Part shown: in pieces, positions 1 through 10,889 of the stretch
How positions within the stretch are numbered: position 1 is the first letter of the stretch
Layout: each line of letters begins with the position of its first letter
Origin: Burkholderiales bacterium
Lineage (GTDB): Bacteria; Pseudomonadota; Gammaproteobacteria; Burkholderiales; JAEUOS01
DNA length: 64,000 bases
Direction of reading: 5' to 3'
Assembly (NCBI GenBank): GCA_016790635.1
Contig: JAEUOR010000060.1
Coordinates: 1,880 to 65,879 of the forward strand
Made by a program: the position numbers and the translations under genes
Notes under the pieces: generated by a model
Database searches by the model: none
Seen by the model: only the letters and a program-made list of their open reading frames with translations
What the model was told of the DNA's origin: nothing

Positions 1-2328
1 CAGTTCCTGGTCACGCAGTGCGAGGCGCAGGGCTTCCGCCACATCACCTGGTACCCGGACCGCCCGGACGTGATGAGCCGCTATACGGTCACGCTGGTGG
101 CCGACCGCGAGCGCTTTCCGGTGCTGCTGTCCAACGGCAATCCCGAAGCCGCCGGCTTCGCGGAGGGCAACACGCACTGGGCGCGCTGGAACGACCCGCA
201 TCCCAAGCCCTGCTACCTGTTCGCGCTGGTGGCCGGGCGCCTCGACCACATCGAGGACCGTTACGTCACCGCCGAGGGACGCGCGGTGCTGCTGCGCATC
301 TGGGCCGAGCGCGACGCCATCGCGCGCTGCCACCACGCCATGGAATGCGTCAAGCGCGCCATGCGCTGGGACGAGCAGCGCTTCGGCCGCTGCTACGACC
401 TCGACGTGTTCAACATCGTCGCCACCCACGATTTCAACATGGGCGCGATGGAGAACAAGGGCCTCAACATCTTCAACGCCAAGTACATCGTCGCCGACGC
501 CACCAGCGCCACCGACGACGACTTCCTCCACGTCGAGGGCGTGGTGGCGCACGAGTACTTCCACAACTGGACCGGCAACCGCGTCACCTGCCGCGACTGG
601 TTCCAGCTTTCGCTCAAGGAGGGGCTCACGGTCTTTCGCGACCAGGAATTCTCCATGGACATGAGCGGCAACGCCGACGGGCGCGCGGTGCGGCGCATCG
701 GCGACGTGCGCGTGCTGCGCAGCGCGCAGTTTCCCGAGGACGCCGGCCCCATGGCGCACCCGGTGCGCCCCGACGCCTACCAGGAAATCAACAACTTCTA
801 TACCGTCACCATCTACGAGAAGGGTGCCGAGGTCGTGCGCATGGCGCAGACCATCTTCGGCCGGGCGGGTTTCCGTCGCGGCATGGACCTCTACTTCAAG
901 CGCCACGACGGGCAGGCTGTCACCTGCGAGGACTTTTTCGCAGCCATGGCCGATGCCAACCCCGGCGCGCTGTCGCCGACCGAACGCGCGCAGTGGTTCC
1001 GCTGGTACGACCAGGCCGGGACGCCGCGCCTGACCGCCAACGGGGAATACGACGCCAAGGCGCGCACCTACACACTGCGCCTGACGCAGTCCTGCGCTGC
1101 CACCCCGGGCCAGGCGCACAAGGCGCCGTTCGTCATTCCCGTGACCCTGGGTCTGGTGGCGCGCGACGGCGCGGCGCTGCCCCTGCACATTTACGGCGAG
1201 TCAGCCGCGCGCGGCACGGAGGCGACGCTGCTCGCCTCCGGCACCAGCAACGTGTTCGTCTTCCAGAACGTGCCGCAGGCGCCGGTGCCCTCGCTCCTGC
1301 GCGGCTTCTCGGCACCGGTGATGCTTGACATCGAGCAGGGCGACGCCGACCTGGCGCTGCTGCTCGCCCACGACAGCGACGCTTTCAATCGCTGGGAGGC
1401 CGGGCAGCGGCTGTACCTGCGCCTCCTCACCAGCCTGGCGCGGACCGCGGCCGCAGGCGGCGCGCTTGCGGTGCCGGCGGCGGTTACGCGCGCGTTTCGC
1501 CGCGTGCTGGCCGACCCGGCGCTCGACGCGGCGTTCAAGGCCGAGGCGCTGGCACTGCCCAGCGAGACCTACGTGGCGGAGCAACTGGACGAAGTCGATC
1601 CGGTCGCCGTCCACACGGCGCGCGTGTTCGTGCGCCGCTCGCTGGCGCGCGCGGCAAGCGCCGATCTCAAGCGCGCCGTCAGCGCCAATGCGGTCAAGGG
1701 GACCTACTCGCCGGACCCGCGCTCGGCAGGAAAGCGCAGCCTGCAAGGCCTGGCGCTGGGGTACCTGGCGGAACTGGCGGAACCGGCATTGGAACGCGCC
1801 GCGCACGACCTCTACCTGGCCGCAGGCAACATGACTGACCGCATGAACGCGCTGGGCGCGCTCATGCTCTCCCGGTCCGAGCTGCGCAGCGACGCGCTGG
1901 CGCGCTTCTACGCGACCTTTCGCGACGACGCGCTGGTCATGGACAAATGGTTCGCCCTGCAGGCAGGCGCCCGCAGCGGCGCGGACGGCGGTGCGACGCT
2001 CGACACCGTGCGCAGCCTCCTCAACCACCCGGGGTTCTCGATCAAGAATCCCAACAAGGCACGTGCCCTGATCGGCACCTTCTGCCACGGCAATCCGGCC
2101 GGGTTTCACGCGGCCGATGCCGGCGGCTACGACTTCTGGGCCGACCGCGTGCTCGAGATCGACGCCTTCAACCCGCAGGTTGCAGCGCGCCTGGCGCGTG
2201 CCGCATCCGCATGGAGAAAGCTCGAACCCAAGCGCCGCGCCGCGCTTGAGGCACGCCTGCAGCGCATCGCCGCGGCCTCGGCCCTGTCCAAGGACACGCG
2301 CGAAGTCGTCTCCAAGACCCTGGGTTAG
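1..2328 (+). CDS. pepN: Aminopeptidase N (M1 family), 5'-truncated by the window edge
   Basis: Frame 1 is open from nt 1; [24 protein letters not shown] precedes the first Met at 70. GAMEN exopeptidase motif (NMGAMENKG) and HEXXH zinc site ([12 protein letters not shown]) are present. Stop at 2326-2328. Confidence 0.92.
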   Translation, partial: QFLVTQCEAQGFRHITWYPDRPDVMSRYTVTLVADRERFPVLLSNGNPEAAGFAEGNTHWARWNDPHPKPCYLFALVAGRLDHIEDRYVTAEGRAVLLRIWAERDAIARCHHAMECVKRAMRWDEQRFGRCYDLDVFNIVATHDFNMGAMENKGLNIFNAKYIVADATSATDDDFLHVEGVVAHEYFHNWTGNRVTCRDWFQLSLKEGLTVFRDQEFSMDMSGNADGRAVRRIGDVRVLRSAQFPEDAGPMAHPVRPDAYQEINNFYTVTIYEKGAEVVRMAQTIFGRAGFRRGMDLYFKRHDGQAVTCEDFFAAMADANPGALSPTERAQWFRWYDQAGTPRLTANGEYDAKARTYTLRLTQSCAATPGQAHKAPFVIPVTLGLVARDGAALPLHIYGESAARGTEATLLASGTSNVFVFQNVPQAPVPSLLRGFSAPVMLDIEQGDADLALLLAHDSDAFNRWEAGQRLYLRLLTSLARTAAAGGALAVPAAVTRAFRRVLADPALDAAFKAEALALPSETYVAEQLDEVDPVAVHTARVFVRRSLARAASADLKRAVSANAVKGTYSPDPRSAGKRSLQGLALGYLAELAEPALERAAHDLYLAAGNMTDRMNALGALMLSRSELRSDALARFYATFRDDALVMDKWFALQAGARSGADGGATLDTVRSLLNHPGFSIKNPNKARALIGTFCHGNPAGFHAADAGGYDFWADRVLEIDAFNPQVAARLARAASAWRKLEPKRRAALEARLQRIAAASALSKDTREVVSKTLG

Positions 2329-2332
2329 CGCC

Positions 2333-2818
2333 ATGCGTGAAAAGGTACTCGCCAACGCGAGCGTCAAGCGTGTGGTCGCCGCGCTGGATGCCGCCGGCAT
2401 CGCCACCGAGATCATCGTCACTGAGGAAGCCACGCCCTCCTCCCAGGCGGCGGCCGTCAAGCACGGTTGCGACGTCGCGCAGATCGCCAAGTCGGTGATC
2501 TTTCGCGGCCTGACCTCCGACCGCGTGGTGCTCGTCATCACCAGCGGTGCGAACCGCGTGGATGAGGCACGGGTGGTCGAGGCCATCGGCGAGGCGATCG
2601 GGCGCGCGGATGCTGCCTTCGTCAAGGAGCGCACCGGCTTTTCCATTGGCGGGGTCGCGCCGCTGGGGCATCTGCAGGCGCCGATCACCCTGTTCGATGA
2701 GACGCTCCTGGCTTTCGAGGTCATCTACCCGGCCGCCGGCCATCCCAACACCGGATTTGCGGTGGCGCCGCGCGCACTCGCTGAGGCCACGGCTGCGCGT
2801 GTCCTCGTCGTCGCATGA
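2333..2818 (+). CDS. YbaK/EbsC-type aminoacyl-tRNA editing (deacylase) domain protein
   Basis: ATG at 2333, 4 nt after the pepN stop. 161 aa with YbaK-like layout (MREKVLANASVKRVVAALDAAG...GFSIGGVAPLGH). The upstream part of track ORF 2117 overlaps pepN and is Arg/Pro-rich shadow sequence. Confidence 0.8.
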   Translation: MREKVLANASVKRVVAALDAAGIATEIIVTEEATPSSQAAAVKHGCDVAQIAKSVIFRGLTSDRVVLVITSGANRVDEARVVEAIGEAIGRADAAFVKERTGFSIGGVAPLGHLQAPITLFDETLLAFEVIYPAAGHPNTGFAVAPRALAEATAARVLVVA

Positions 2819-2834
2819 TTGGCACATTCAGACA

Positions 2835-3791
2835 ATGAAACTCCTGGTTCTCGGCGCCGGCGCGACCGGCGGCTACTTCGGCGGGCGCCTGGCCCAGGCG
2901 GCCCAATTGGGCAAGAGCGACATCGAAGTCGATTTCCTGGTGCGGCCGCGACGCGCCGACGCCCTGCGCGCACAAGGCCTCAAGGTCGTCAGCCCGCAAG
3001 GCGACTTCACCATCCCGGTCAATGCGGTGCTGCACACCGAACTCAAGCCCGTCTACGACCTGGTGCTGCTGTCGTGCAAGGCCTGGGACCTGGAGTCCTC
3101 GATCCTCTCCATCTACCCCGGCCTTACCCCGGACACCGCCATCCTGCCGGTCTTGAACGGACTGGCGCACTTCGACCGGCTCGATGCCGAATTCGGCGCC
3201 GGCCGCGTGCTGGGCGGCTGCTGCCACATCGGCGGCAACCTGGGGCCGGATGGCGTGGTACGGCAAATGACCGATTTGCAGCGCATCACCTTCGGCCTGC
3301 GCCCGCGCAACGACCGGTCGCAGCAGGCGCGCCTGGACGCCCTTGCCACGGCGTATCGCGCGACACCGGTGGATGTTCGCGCCAGCGACGATGTCGATCA
3401 GGACCTGTGGGAAAAATTCGTTCTGCTGGCAAGCCTGGCCGCCATGACCTGCCTGATGCGCGCCAACGTCGGCGACATCGTGTCGACCGACGACGGCGAA
3501 CACCTGATGCGCGCGGTCTATGCCGAGTGCGAGGCCGCCGCGCGCCACGCCAACCATGCGCCGCGCGCGGCTGCGCGCGACGCGACCCTGGCCACGCTGA
3601 CCCAGCGCGGGTCCAACTTCACCGCCTCGATGCTGCGCGACCTGGAGTCCGGCGGCAACATCGAAGCGGCGCACATCGTCGGCGACATGCGTGCCCGCGC
3701 GCGCGCCGCTGGCGACCCCGCGCCCCTCTTGTCGGTCGCCTGGGCGCACCTGCAGGCGCGCGATGCGCGGCGCGCCCGGGAAAACGGCTGA
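2835..3791 (+). CDS. 2-dehydropantoate 2-reductase family (PanE/ApbA) oxidoreductase
   Basis: ATG at 2835. N-terminal Rossmann motif MKLLVLGAGATGGYFGG; about 318 aa, typical ketopantoate-reductase length and layout. Confidence 0.8.
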   Translation: MKLLVLGAGATGGYFGGRLAQAAQLGKSDIEVDFLVRPRRADALRAQGLKVVSPQGDFTIPVNAVLHTELKPVYDLVLLSCKAWDLESSILSIYPGLTPDTAILPVLNGLAHFDRLDAEFGAGRVLGGCCHIGGNLGPDGVVRQMTDLQRITFGLRPRNDRSQQARLDALATAYRATPVDVRASDDVDQDLWEKFVLLASLAAMTCLMRANVGDIVSTDDGEHLMRAVYAECEAAARHANHAPRAAARDATLATLTQRGSNFTASMLRDLESGGNIEAAHIVGDMRARARAAGDPAPLLSVAWAHLQARDARRARENG

Positions 3792-3792
3792 A

Positions 3793-4638
3793 ATGGCACG
3801 CGTCGCCGGCCTCCACCTCTACCCGGTCAAGAGCTGCGCCGGGATCTCGCTCCAATCCGTCACCATCGGCCGTGCCGGCTTCGAGCATGCCGGCGTCGGC
3901 GACCGCGAGTGGATGGTCGTGGACGGTGTGACCGGCATCTTCCTCACCCAACGCCAATTGCCGCGCATGGCCTTGATCCAGCCGGCCATGCAGGCCTCGG
4001 CGCTGCAACTCACGGCACCGGGCCAGGCACCGCTTTCCGTGCCCCTGGGTGACTTTGCGCTGCACCAGGCGACGCTCTCGGTCAAGGTGTGGAACCACAG
4101 CTGCATGGCTTTCGACGAAGGCGATGCCGCAGCCGCCTGGCTCACGGGCGTGCTCGGCCGGCCCGCGCGCCTGGCCCGCTTCGACCCGTCGCATCGGCGC
4201 CTCTCGAATCGCGAATGGACGCAGAACGTCGAGGCGCTGAACCGCTTTTCCGATGGCTACCCCATCCTGACGATCTCGCAGTCTTCGCTCGACGAATTGA
4301 ACGACCGGCTCGCCGAAGCCGGGCGCGACCCGCTACCCATGAACCGCTTTCGCCCCAACCTGGTGATCGACGATGTCGGCCCGGGCGACGAGGACCGTTT
4401 CGTCTCCCTCACCCGCGGCGACCTTGCCCTGGCGCCGGTCAAGCCCTGCCCGCGCTGCCCGATCCCGTCGATCGACCAGGCGACCGGCACCTTCGGTGAC
4501 GACCCGCTGGACATCCTGTCCCGCTATCGCGACCACAAGACCCTGGGCGTCGTGTTCGGCCAGAACACCGTCGTCACCGCCGGCTTCGGCGCGACGCTGA
4601 CAGTCGGCGAGCGCTTCACCACGGAGTGGAACTTTTGA
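3793..4638 (+). CDS. MOSC domain-containing protein (YcbX-like)
   Basis: ATG at 3793, 1 nt after the preceding stop. MOSC_N-like start (VAGLHLYPVKSCAG) and a C-terminal MOSC region with conserved Cys (VKPCPRCPIPSIDQ). Confidence 0.8.
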   Translation: MARVAGLHLYPVKSCAGISLQSVTIGRAGFEHAGVGDREWMVVDGVTGIFLTQRQLPRMALIQPAMQASALQLTAPGQAPLSVPLGDFALHQATLSVKVWNHSCMAFDEGDAAAAWLTGVLGRPARLARFDPSHRRLSNREWTQNVEALNRFSDGYPILTISQSSLDELNDRLAEAGRDPLPMNRFRPNLVIDDVGPGDEDRFVSLTRGDLALAPVKPCPRCPIPSIDQATGTFGDDPLDILSRYRDHKTLGVVFGQNTVVTAGFGATLTVGERFTTEWNF

Positions 4639-5525
4639 GCGCGGCGCCAAGCCACGCCGAGCGCAACGGATTGCTCTTGGGATTGGTCGGTGTCGTGATC
4701 TTCAGCGCGACGCTGCCGGCCACGCGCATCGCGGTCCTGCACCTGGACCCGATCTTCGTCGGCCTCGGGCGATCCCTCGTTGCGGCAGTGCCGGCGGCGT
4801 TGTTCCTCCTGGCGATCCGCGCCCCGTGGCCCTCGCGCCGCCAGGCACTGCGCCTCCTGACGGTCGCCTTCGGCGTGGTGCTGGGTTTCCCGGCACTGAC
4901 CTCGCTCGCGATGCGTCATGTCCCCTCCGCGCACGGCGCGATCGTGGTCGGCCTCCTGCCGCTCTTTACCGCGATCATGGGCGCGTGGCTCAACCGCGAG
5001 CGGCCGTCCGTGGGATTCTGGATCACCGCGGTCACCGGCAGCACACTGGTGGTCACGTTCGCGATCTTCAACGGCGGCGGCGCCCTGCACCTGGCGGACC
5101 TGGCGCTTTTTGTTGCGGTGGTGGTCGGCGCCTTCGGTTACGCCGAAGGCGCACGCCTGACGCGTGAACTCGGTGGCCGCGAGACCATCAGCTGGGCCAT
5201 CCTCGCAAGCAGCCCCTTTCTCGTCTGGCCGGTCATAGGCGGCGTGGCACGCAGCGACTTTGCCTCCGCCGGCTGGCCGCAATGGGCCGGCTTTTTCTAC
5301 GTCGCGATCTTCTCGCAGTTCTTGGGCTTTTTCGCCTGGTACAAGGGGCTGGACCTGGGCGGCGTCGCGCGCGTTTCGCAGGTGCAACTGTCGCAGGTCT
5401 TTTTCACCATGCTGATCGCCGCGTGGCTGCTGGGTGAAAAGGTGACGCCCTTGATGATCGTCTTCGCCGTCGCCGTGGTGGCAACGGTGGCGATCGGCCG
5501 GCGCATGCCGGTTAAGCGCGCTTGA
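4626..5525 (+). CDS. DMT superfamily (EamA-like) transporter
   Basis: GTG start overlapping the end of the MOSC gene. 299 aa, about 10 hydrophobic segments arranged as two EamA-like halves. Confidence 0.8.
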   Translation: MELLSAAPSHAERNGLLLGLVGVVIFSATLPATRIAVLHLDPIFVGLGRSLVAAVPAALFLLAIRAPWPSRRQALRLLTVAFGVVLGFPALTSLAMRHVPSAHGAIVVGLLPLFTAIMGAWLNRERPSVGFWITAVTGSTLVVTFAIFNGGGALHLADLALFVAVVVGAFGYAEGARLTRELGGRETISWAILASSPFLVWPVIGGVARSDFASAGWPQWAGFFYVAIFSQFLGFFAWYKGLDLGGVARVSQVQLSQVFFTMLIAAWLLGEKVTPLMIVFAVAVVATVAIGRRMPVKRA

Positions 5526-5546
5526 GTACCGTTTGGCAGCGGACCT

Positions 5547-6536
5547 TCAATCCGCCTTCAACCCCAGACGCCGGATCAGCGGCACCCAGCGTTCGGTCTC
5601 GGCGCGGATCAGGTTGCCGAAATCCTGCGGCGTGCCGCCGGTAAGCGTGCCGCCCATCTGCGTGACCAGGCGCTCGCGCACCTCGGGCAGGTTGATGGCC
5701 TTGTTGAACTCCGCGTTGAGCCGCTGCACGATCTCGCCCGGCGTACCCGTCGGAACGACGAATCCGGAAAACGCCGTCGCCTCCGCTCTGGGATAACCCA
5801 GCTCGCGCACCGTCGGCACGTCCGGCAAGGCACGTAAACGCGTCGGATGGGTCACCGCCAGCGCACGCAGGCGCCCCTGCTGCACCGGGCCTAAGGAAGT
5901 CGTGACGGCGTCGAAGAACACCGGCACCTGGCCCGACATCGCATCCTGCAAGGCCGGGCCGCTGCCCTTGTACGGGATATGCAGAAAGCGGGTCTGGTAT
6001 TCGGCGTTGAGCACCTGGCCCACCAGGTGCATGAGGGTGCCATTGCCGGGCGAGGCATAGGGCAGCTCGCTGCCGGGCCGGCGCGCGGCGGCCAGCAGGT
6101 CGGCAAAGGTCTTGAACGGTTGCTTGTCGTTGACCGTGATCAGGAAGCCCTGGGCGCTCACGTTGATCACAGGCGCCAGGTCGCGCAGCGCATCGTAAGG
6201 CAGGGTCGCCATGAGGCCGGGGTTGGTCGCGATCGGCGCCGAGACCATCAGGATGGTGTAGCCGTCCGGCCGCGCGCGCACCGCCGCCTCGGTGCCGATG
6301 ACCGTGCCGCCGCCCGGCCTGTTCTCGATCACCACCGACTGGCCGACGCTCTCGCCCAAGACCTTGCCGAACACGCGCGCCATGATGTCGGTCGCGCCGC
6401 CGGGCGCGAAGGGCACGATGATGCGGATCGGCCGCGACGGCCAGGCGTCCTGGGCCACAACGGACGTGGCGAGCGGAAGCGTGGCGACGGCACTTGCGAA
6501 CCAGCGGGTGACCAGTTGACGCAGGCTCCTAGACAT
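5547..6536 (-). CDS. Tripartite tricarboxylate transporter substrate-binding protein (Bug/TctC family)
   Basis: Trimmed to the ATG at 6536 (MSRSLRQLVTRWFASAVATLPLATSVVAQ signal peptide). Bug-family hallmark PIRIIVPFAPGGATD. Confidence 0.85.
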   Translation of the reverse strand: MSRSLRQLVTRWFASAVATLPLATSVVAQDAWPSRPIRIIVPFAPGGATDIMARVFGKVLGESVGQSVVIENRPGGGTVIGTEAAVRARPDGYTILMVSAPIATNPGLMATLPYDALRDLAPVINVSAQGFLITVNDKQPFKTFADLLAAARRPGSELPYASPGNGTLMHLVGQVLNAEYQTRFLHIPYKGSGPALQDAMSGQVPVFFDAVTTSLGPVQQGRLRALAVTHPTRLRALPDVPTVRELGYPRAEATAFSGFVVPTGTPGEIVQRLNAEFNKAINLPEVRERLVTQMGGTLTGGTPQDFGNLIRAETERWVPLIRRLGLKAD

Positions 6537-7221
6537 GGTCCTCCGCGCCGGTTGCGACGCCCTCGCGCGCCAGGCCCGCGCGCGCGAGTCGCCAACGCAA
6601 GGTGTCGATGCGGTCCTCACCGAAAAACGGCTCGCCTTTGAAGACGAAGGTCGGCACACCCCAATGGCCGCTGGCGGCCAGCGCGGCCTGACTGGCCTCG
6701 ATCTCGGCCTGGTGCGACGCCGGGTCGGCGATCGCCGCTTCCATGGACTTAAGGTCCAAGCCGGCGCGCGCGGTGGCATCGGCCAAATGCGTGCCTTCGT
6801 TCCAGCCGCGCGTGCCGCCGAAGATCAACGCGGAGACTTCGCGCGCAAAGGCCAGGCCGCGACCGCGGCGCTGTGCCTCGACCCCCAGGCGGGTCAGGCG
6901 GTGGATGTGCGGCTGCTCGGCGGCGATCTGGTAGGTCGTGAGGTCCTGCACGATGGGGTCGGGCTTCGGCCAGGCGTGCGGCATGCCCAGCATCTCGGCG
7001 CGACGTAGCCAGTCCAGCGCGATGTAGCGGGCGCGCTTCAGGTTGTCCGGGCTGAAAAATCCGGGCTCGCGCACCGCCAGCGGCAACACCGGGCGAAAGA
7101 CCACCCGCACGCGAAAGTCGGTCTCCAGGCGCTGGGCGCCCGGGACGGCCAGATAGGAATAGGGGCTGCGAAACGACCAGAAGAGGTCGACGCCCTGCAG
7201 TTCGTCTGCGTTGGAGCTCAT
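6529..7221 (-). CDS. DsbA-family 2-hydroxychromene-2-carboxylate isomerase-like protein
   Basis: Trimmed to the ATG at 7221 (MSSNADELQGVDLFWSFRSPYSYLA). Thioredoxin-fold HCCA-isomerase-like sequence. The 3' end overlaps the start of the downstream Bug gene by 8 nt. Confidence 0.72.
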   Translation of the reverse strand: MSSNADELQGVDLFWSFRSPYSYLAVPGAQRLETDFRVRVVFRPVLPLAVREPGFFSPDNLKRARYIALDWLRRAEMLGMPHAWPKPDPIVQDLTTYQIAAEQPHIHRLTRLGVEAQRRGRGLAFAREVSALIFGGTRGWNEGTHLADATARAGLDLKSMEAAIADPASHQAEIEASQAALAASGHWGVPTFVFKGEPFFGEDRIDTLRWRLARAGLAREGVATGAEDHV

Positions 7222-7240
7222 GGTCGCGCCCGGCGCCGCT

Positions 7241-8917
7241 TCAGGCCCACACCACCGGCGTGCTGGCCTTGACCCAGGCCTCGAACTGCGGCCCGTAGAC
7301 CTCGTCGATGCGATTGCGTCTGACCTTGAGCGTGGGCGTGACAAAGCCGGACTCCGGTGTCCACGGCGTGGTCACGGCGGCGATGCATTGCAGCTTTTCA
7401 TGCGCGTCGAGCTTTTCGTTCACGCTCTTCAAGTGCGCCGCGAGTTGCTCGGCCAGCGCCGCCCGGCCGGCTCCCTTGGCGGCCGCCGCCGCCTCGGGCG
7501 AGAGCATGACCAGGCCGACCGGCTGGTCCAGGTTGCCGCCGGAGACCACGGCGGCCTCGATGGCCGGGTGATTGACCAGCAGGTCCTCGATCGGCGCGGG
7601 CGCGACGTACTTGCCCTTGCTGGTCTTGAAGATGTCCTTGACCCGGCCCGTGATCACCAGGCATCCGTTGGCGTCGATGCGCCCCTTGTCACCGGTGCGC
7701 AGCCAGCCGTCGGCAGTGAAGGCGGCCTGCGTAAGTTCGGGCTCCTTGTAGTAGCCGGCCATGACCGCCGGCGAGCGCATCTGCACTTCGCCGGTCTCGG
7801 GGTCGAGGCGCGATTCCACTCCCGTGTAGGGCACGCCGACCGTGCCGGGATGGCTGGTGCCCGGCAAGGTGGCATGTGAAATCGCGGCATTCTCGGTCAT
7901 GCCGTAACCCTCGACCATGTCCAGCCCCAGGTCGCGGTACCAGCGCAGCACCTCCGCCGGCAACGGGGCCGCGCCACTGCCGGCCAGGCGACAGTGCTCC
8001 AGCCCCAGGCCGGCGAGGACCTTCCTGCGCACGATGCCACGCAGGATGGGGATGCGCAGCAGGCGCTTCAGCTTTTGCGGCGGCATCTTGGCGTGTACAC
8101 CCTGCTGGAACTTGACCCACAGGCGCGGCACCGACATGAAGACGGTCGGACGCGCGCGCTTCAGGTCGGCCAGGAAGGTATCGAGCGCGTCGGCAAAGTA
8201 GACATGCGCACCGTAGTGCACGGCCGGCACCTCCAGCACCACCCGCTCCATGATGTGCGCCAAGGGCAGGTAGGACAGAAAACGGTCGTCGCCGGTGATG
8301 CGGACGCGCGCCATCGACGGGCCTGCGGCCCACTTGAGGGCGGCGAACTTGAGCATCACGCCCTTGGAACGCCCGGTCGTCCCCGAGGTGTAGACGATGG
8401 TCCACAGGTCCTCGGGGCTGTTGACCGGCGACTCCTTGAGAGGCGCGGTCTGCTTGATGATGGCATCCCACGGCGTTCCCGACACTGCCGCGGGCGAGAG
8501 CGGCAGGGTGACGATCGGCAGCCCCGGCGGCACGCCGTCCTTGAGACCGCCGATCTCGTCCAGCTTGCCGACAAAGCACGCACGCGACTCGCTGTGGGTG
8601 AGTATGTAGTTGAGCGCGTCGGCGCTGAAGGTCGAATACATCGGCACCGAGACGTGGCCTGCCATCATGACCGCCAGGTCGGAGAGCATCCAGTGCGCGC
8701 TGTTCTTGCCGAGGATGGCGACCCGGCTGCCGGCCGGCCAGCCCTGGGCCTTGAGCCACGCGGCGATACGCCGCACTTCGTCGCCGGCCTCGCGCCAGGT
8801 GATGTCGCGCACCACCCCGCCGGGCGCGGGCTGGGTCAGGAACACCTTGTCAGGCGTGGTCCGCTCCCAGTGATAAAAGTACTCGAGCGGAACCTTGCCT
8901 TCCTGATCCTGGGCCAT
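7241..8917 (-). CDS. AMP-dependent synthetase/ligase (long-chain acyl-CoA synthetase-like)
   Basis: Trimmed to the ATG at 8917 (MAQDQEGKVPLEYFYHWE). AMP-binding signature YTSGTTGRSKGV and a C-terminal TGD...GR.KD-type motif (RTGDKGRIDANGCLVITGRVKD). Confidence 0.88.
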   Translation of the reverse strand: MAQDQEGKVPLEYFYHWERTTPDKVFLTQPAPGGVVRDITWREAGDEVRRIAAWLKAQGWPAGSRVAILGKNSAHWMLSDLAVMMAGHVSVPMYSTFSADALNYILTHSESRACFVGKLDEIGGLKDGVPPGLPIVTLPLSPAAVSGTPWDAIIKQTAPLKESPVNSPEDLWTIVYTSGTTGRSKGVMLKFAALKWAAGPSMARVRITGDDRFLSYLPLAHIMERVVLEVPAVHYGAHVYFADALDTFLADLKRARPTVFMSVPRLWVKFQQGVHAKMPPQKLKRLLRIPILRGIVRRKVLAGLGLEHCRLAGSGAAPLPAEVLRWYRDLGLDMVEGYGMTENAAISHATLPGTSHPGTVGVPYTGVESRLDPETGEVQMRSPAVMAGYYKEPELTQAAFTADGWLRTGDKGRIDANGCLVITGRVKDIFKTSKGKYVAPAPIEDLLVNHPAIEAAVVSGGNLDQPVGLVMLSPEAAAAAKGAGRAALAEQLAAHLKSVNEKLDAHEKLQCIAAVTTPWTPESGFVTPTLKVRRNRIDEVYGPQFEAWVKASTPVVWA

Positions 8918-9038
8918 GCGAAGTCTCCGGGCTTTTTTGGTTGAAGGCGCGGATGGTAAACCAGGAGTGCGCACGGCCCCTCGCTGCCGCGCGCTTCGCA
9001 ATGGCCTGCGACCCGCGTCTCTGACGGCGGGCCCGGGT

Positions 9039-10649
9039 TCAGTTCCCCGCGCGTATCGCTTCGGCGGCGCGCTCGGCGATCATGATGGTGGGCGCATTGG
9101 TGTTGCCGGAAATCAGCGCCGGCATGATCGAGGCGTCGACCACGCGCAGGCCATCCACGCCGCGCACCTTCAAGCGCGTGTCGACCACCGATCCGGCATC
9201 GCTGCCCATGCGGCAGGTGCCGACCGGGTGGTAGATGGTGTCGGCGCGCTCGCGGATCGCCTGTTCGATGCCCCTGTCGTCGTCCTCGCGCAGCGCCACG
9301 GTGTAGAGCTCGCGCCCGCGATAGGGTGCAAAGGCGGGTGCATTCAGGATGCGCCGCATGAGCTTGAAGCTGCGGATGAGCGTGTCGACATCCTCGCGGT
9401 CGGTGAGGAAGCCGGGATCGATCAGGGGCGCGTCGCGCGCGTCGGCGGAGTTCAGCCGCAGGCTGCCGCGCGAACGGGGATTGAGCACGCAGGAGTGCAG
9501 CGAGTAGCCGTGCCCCAGGTGGCGCGTGCGGTTGTGGTTGTCCACCATGCCGATCACGAAGTGGAACTGCACGTCCGGATCGGCCAGATCGGGCCGGGAC
9601 TTGACGAAGCCGCCGACCTCGGCGAAGTTGGAGGTGACCTTGCCGCGCTGCTCGCGGCGATAGCGACCGATCTCGGAAATGAGATTGACGATGCCGCCGA
9701 AGGACATGCCGAACAGTTCGGTCGAGGCGTGGCGCCGATTGATGATGTAGTCGACATGGTCGTGCAGGTTGGCACCGACCTCGGGCGCGTCGACGATGGC
9801 TGCGATGCCATGTTCCAGCAGGTGCGACTTGGGGCCGATGCCGGAGCACATCAGGACCTGCGGCGACTGCAGCGCGCCGGCCGAGATGATGACCTCGCGC
9901 GCGGCGGCGATCTCCTTGACCGTGCCGCCGTGATCGACCAGCACGCCGACGGCACGCCGTTCGCGCAGCATGATCTTGAGCGTGGTCGCCGCGGTCAGCA
10001 CGGTGAGATTGGGGCGCCCCAACGCCGGGTGCAGGTAGGCACGCGCCGCGCTCATGCGCTGGCCGCCCTTTTGCGTGACCTGGTAACGGCCGACGCCTTC
10101 CTGGTCACCGGTATTGAAGTCGTCGACCTCGCTGAACCCGGCCTGTTTGGCAGCGTCGATGAAGACCTGGCCGAATCGGCTGGGCGTGCGCAGATCGGCA
10201 ACATTGAGCGGCCCGTCCTTGCCGTGCAATGGCGCCCCCAGGCGCTCGTTGCCCTCGGCCTTGATGAAGGTCGGCAGCACGTCCTGCCAGGACCAGCCGT
10301 CGCAGCCGTGGCCGCCCTCGGCGACCGGCTTGGCCCAGGTGTCGTAGTCGGAGGCGCGGCCGCGGATGTAGATCATCGCGTTCGTCGAGCTGGAGCCCCC
10401 CAGGGTCTTGCCGCGCGGCTGGTAGCCGCGGCGACCGTTCAGGCCGGGCTGCGGCACGGTCTCGAAGCCCCAGTTGCGGATTTTCATCGGCACCATGAGT
10501 GCCGCACCGGCCGGTGCGCGCACCAGCGGCGAATCGTCGCTTTGCCCTGCTTCCAGGAGGCAGACCCGCACTGCCGGGTCCTCGGACAGACGCCCTGCCA
10601 ATACACAGCCGGCCGAACCGCCGCCGACGATCACATAGTCGAATTGCAT
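9039..10649 (-). CDS. GMC family oxidoreductase (choline/alcohol dehydrogenase-like)
   Basis: N-terminal FAD fold MQFDYVIVGGGSAGCVLAGRLSED; full-length 536-aa GMC layout with C-terminal HPVGTCRMG. Confidence 0.9.
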   Translation of the reverse strand: MQFDYVIVGGGSAGCVLAGRLSEDPAVRVCLLEAGQSDDSPLVRAPAGAALMVPMKIRNWGFETVPQPGLNGRRGYQPRGKTLGGSSSTNAMIYIRGRASDYDTWAKPVAEGGHGCDGWSWQDVLPTFIKAEGNERLGAPLHGKDGPLNVADLRTPSRFGQVFIDAAKQAGFSEVDDFNTGDQEGVGRYQVTQKGGQRMSAARAYLHPALGRPNLTVLTAATTLKIMLRERRAVGVLVDHGGTVKEIAAAREVIISAGALQSPQVLMCSGIGPKSHLLEHGIAAIVDAPEVGANLHDHVDYIINRRHASTELFGMSFGGIVNLISEIGRYRREQRGKVTSNFAEVGGFVKSRPDLADPDVQFHFVIGMVDNHNRTRHLGHGYSLHSCVLNPRSRGSLRLNSADARDAPLIDPGFLTDREDVDTLIRSFKLMRRILNAPAFAPYRGRELYTVALREDDDRGIEQAIRERADTIYHPVGTCRMGSDAGSVVDTRLKVRGVDGLRVVDASIMPALISGNTNAPTIMIAERAAEAIRAGN

Positions 10650-10889
10650 GAAACGAGCCTTTTCAAGTGGCGCCGGCCCGGCATCGTGGCGATGTGCGGT
10701 CCAAGCACGTTGAGCAACCCGGGTCCCTCCGCGTCGGGCTCGTGTACTGCCGGTTGATTATCGCATCCGCTCCTGCCGCGTACAGGTCCTTCAGCGCATT
10801 TTGGAGGGAAGTCTCGGTTTTTCGATGCTGCAGTGTTTCTTATAGAATCCGCCCGGCTTTTTTTGACCTCTCCCTACCCAAGTCATTCC

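Noticed and set aside
7241-8917. The AMP-dependent ligase as the missing exosortase-A-associated acyl-CoA ligase of the ACP/hydrolase module.
   Set aside because: It lies about 50 kb away on the housekeeping side of the tRNA, embedded among Bug-transporter and oxidoreductase genes. Nothing links it to the ACP operon.
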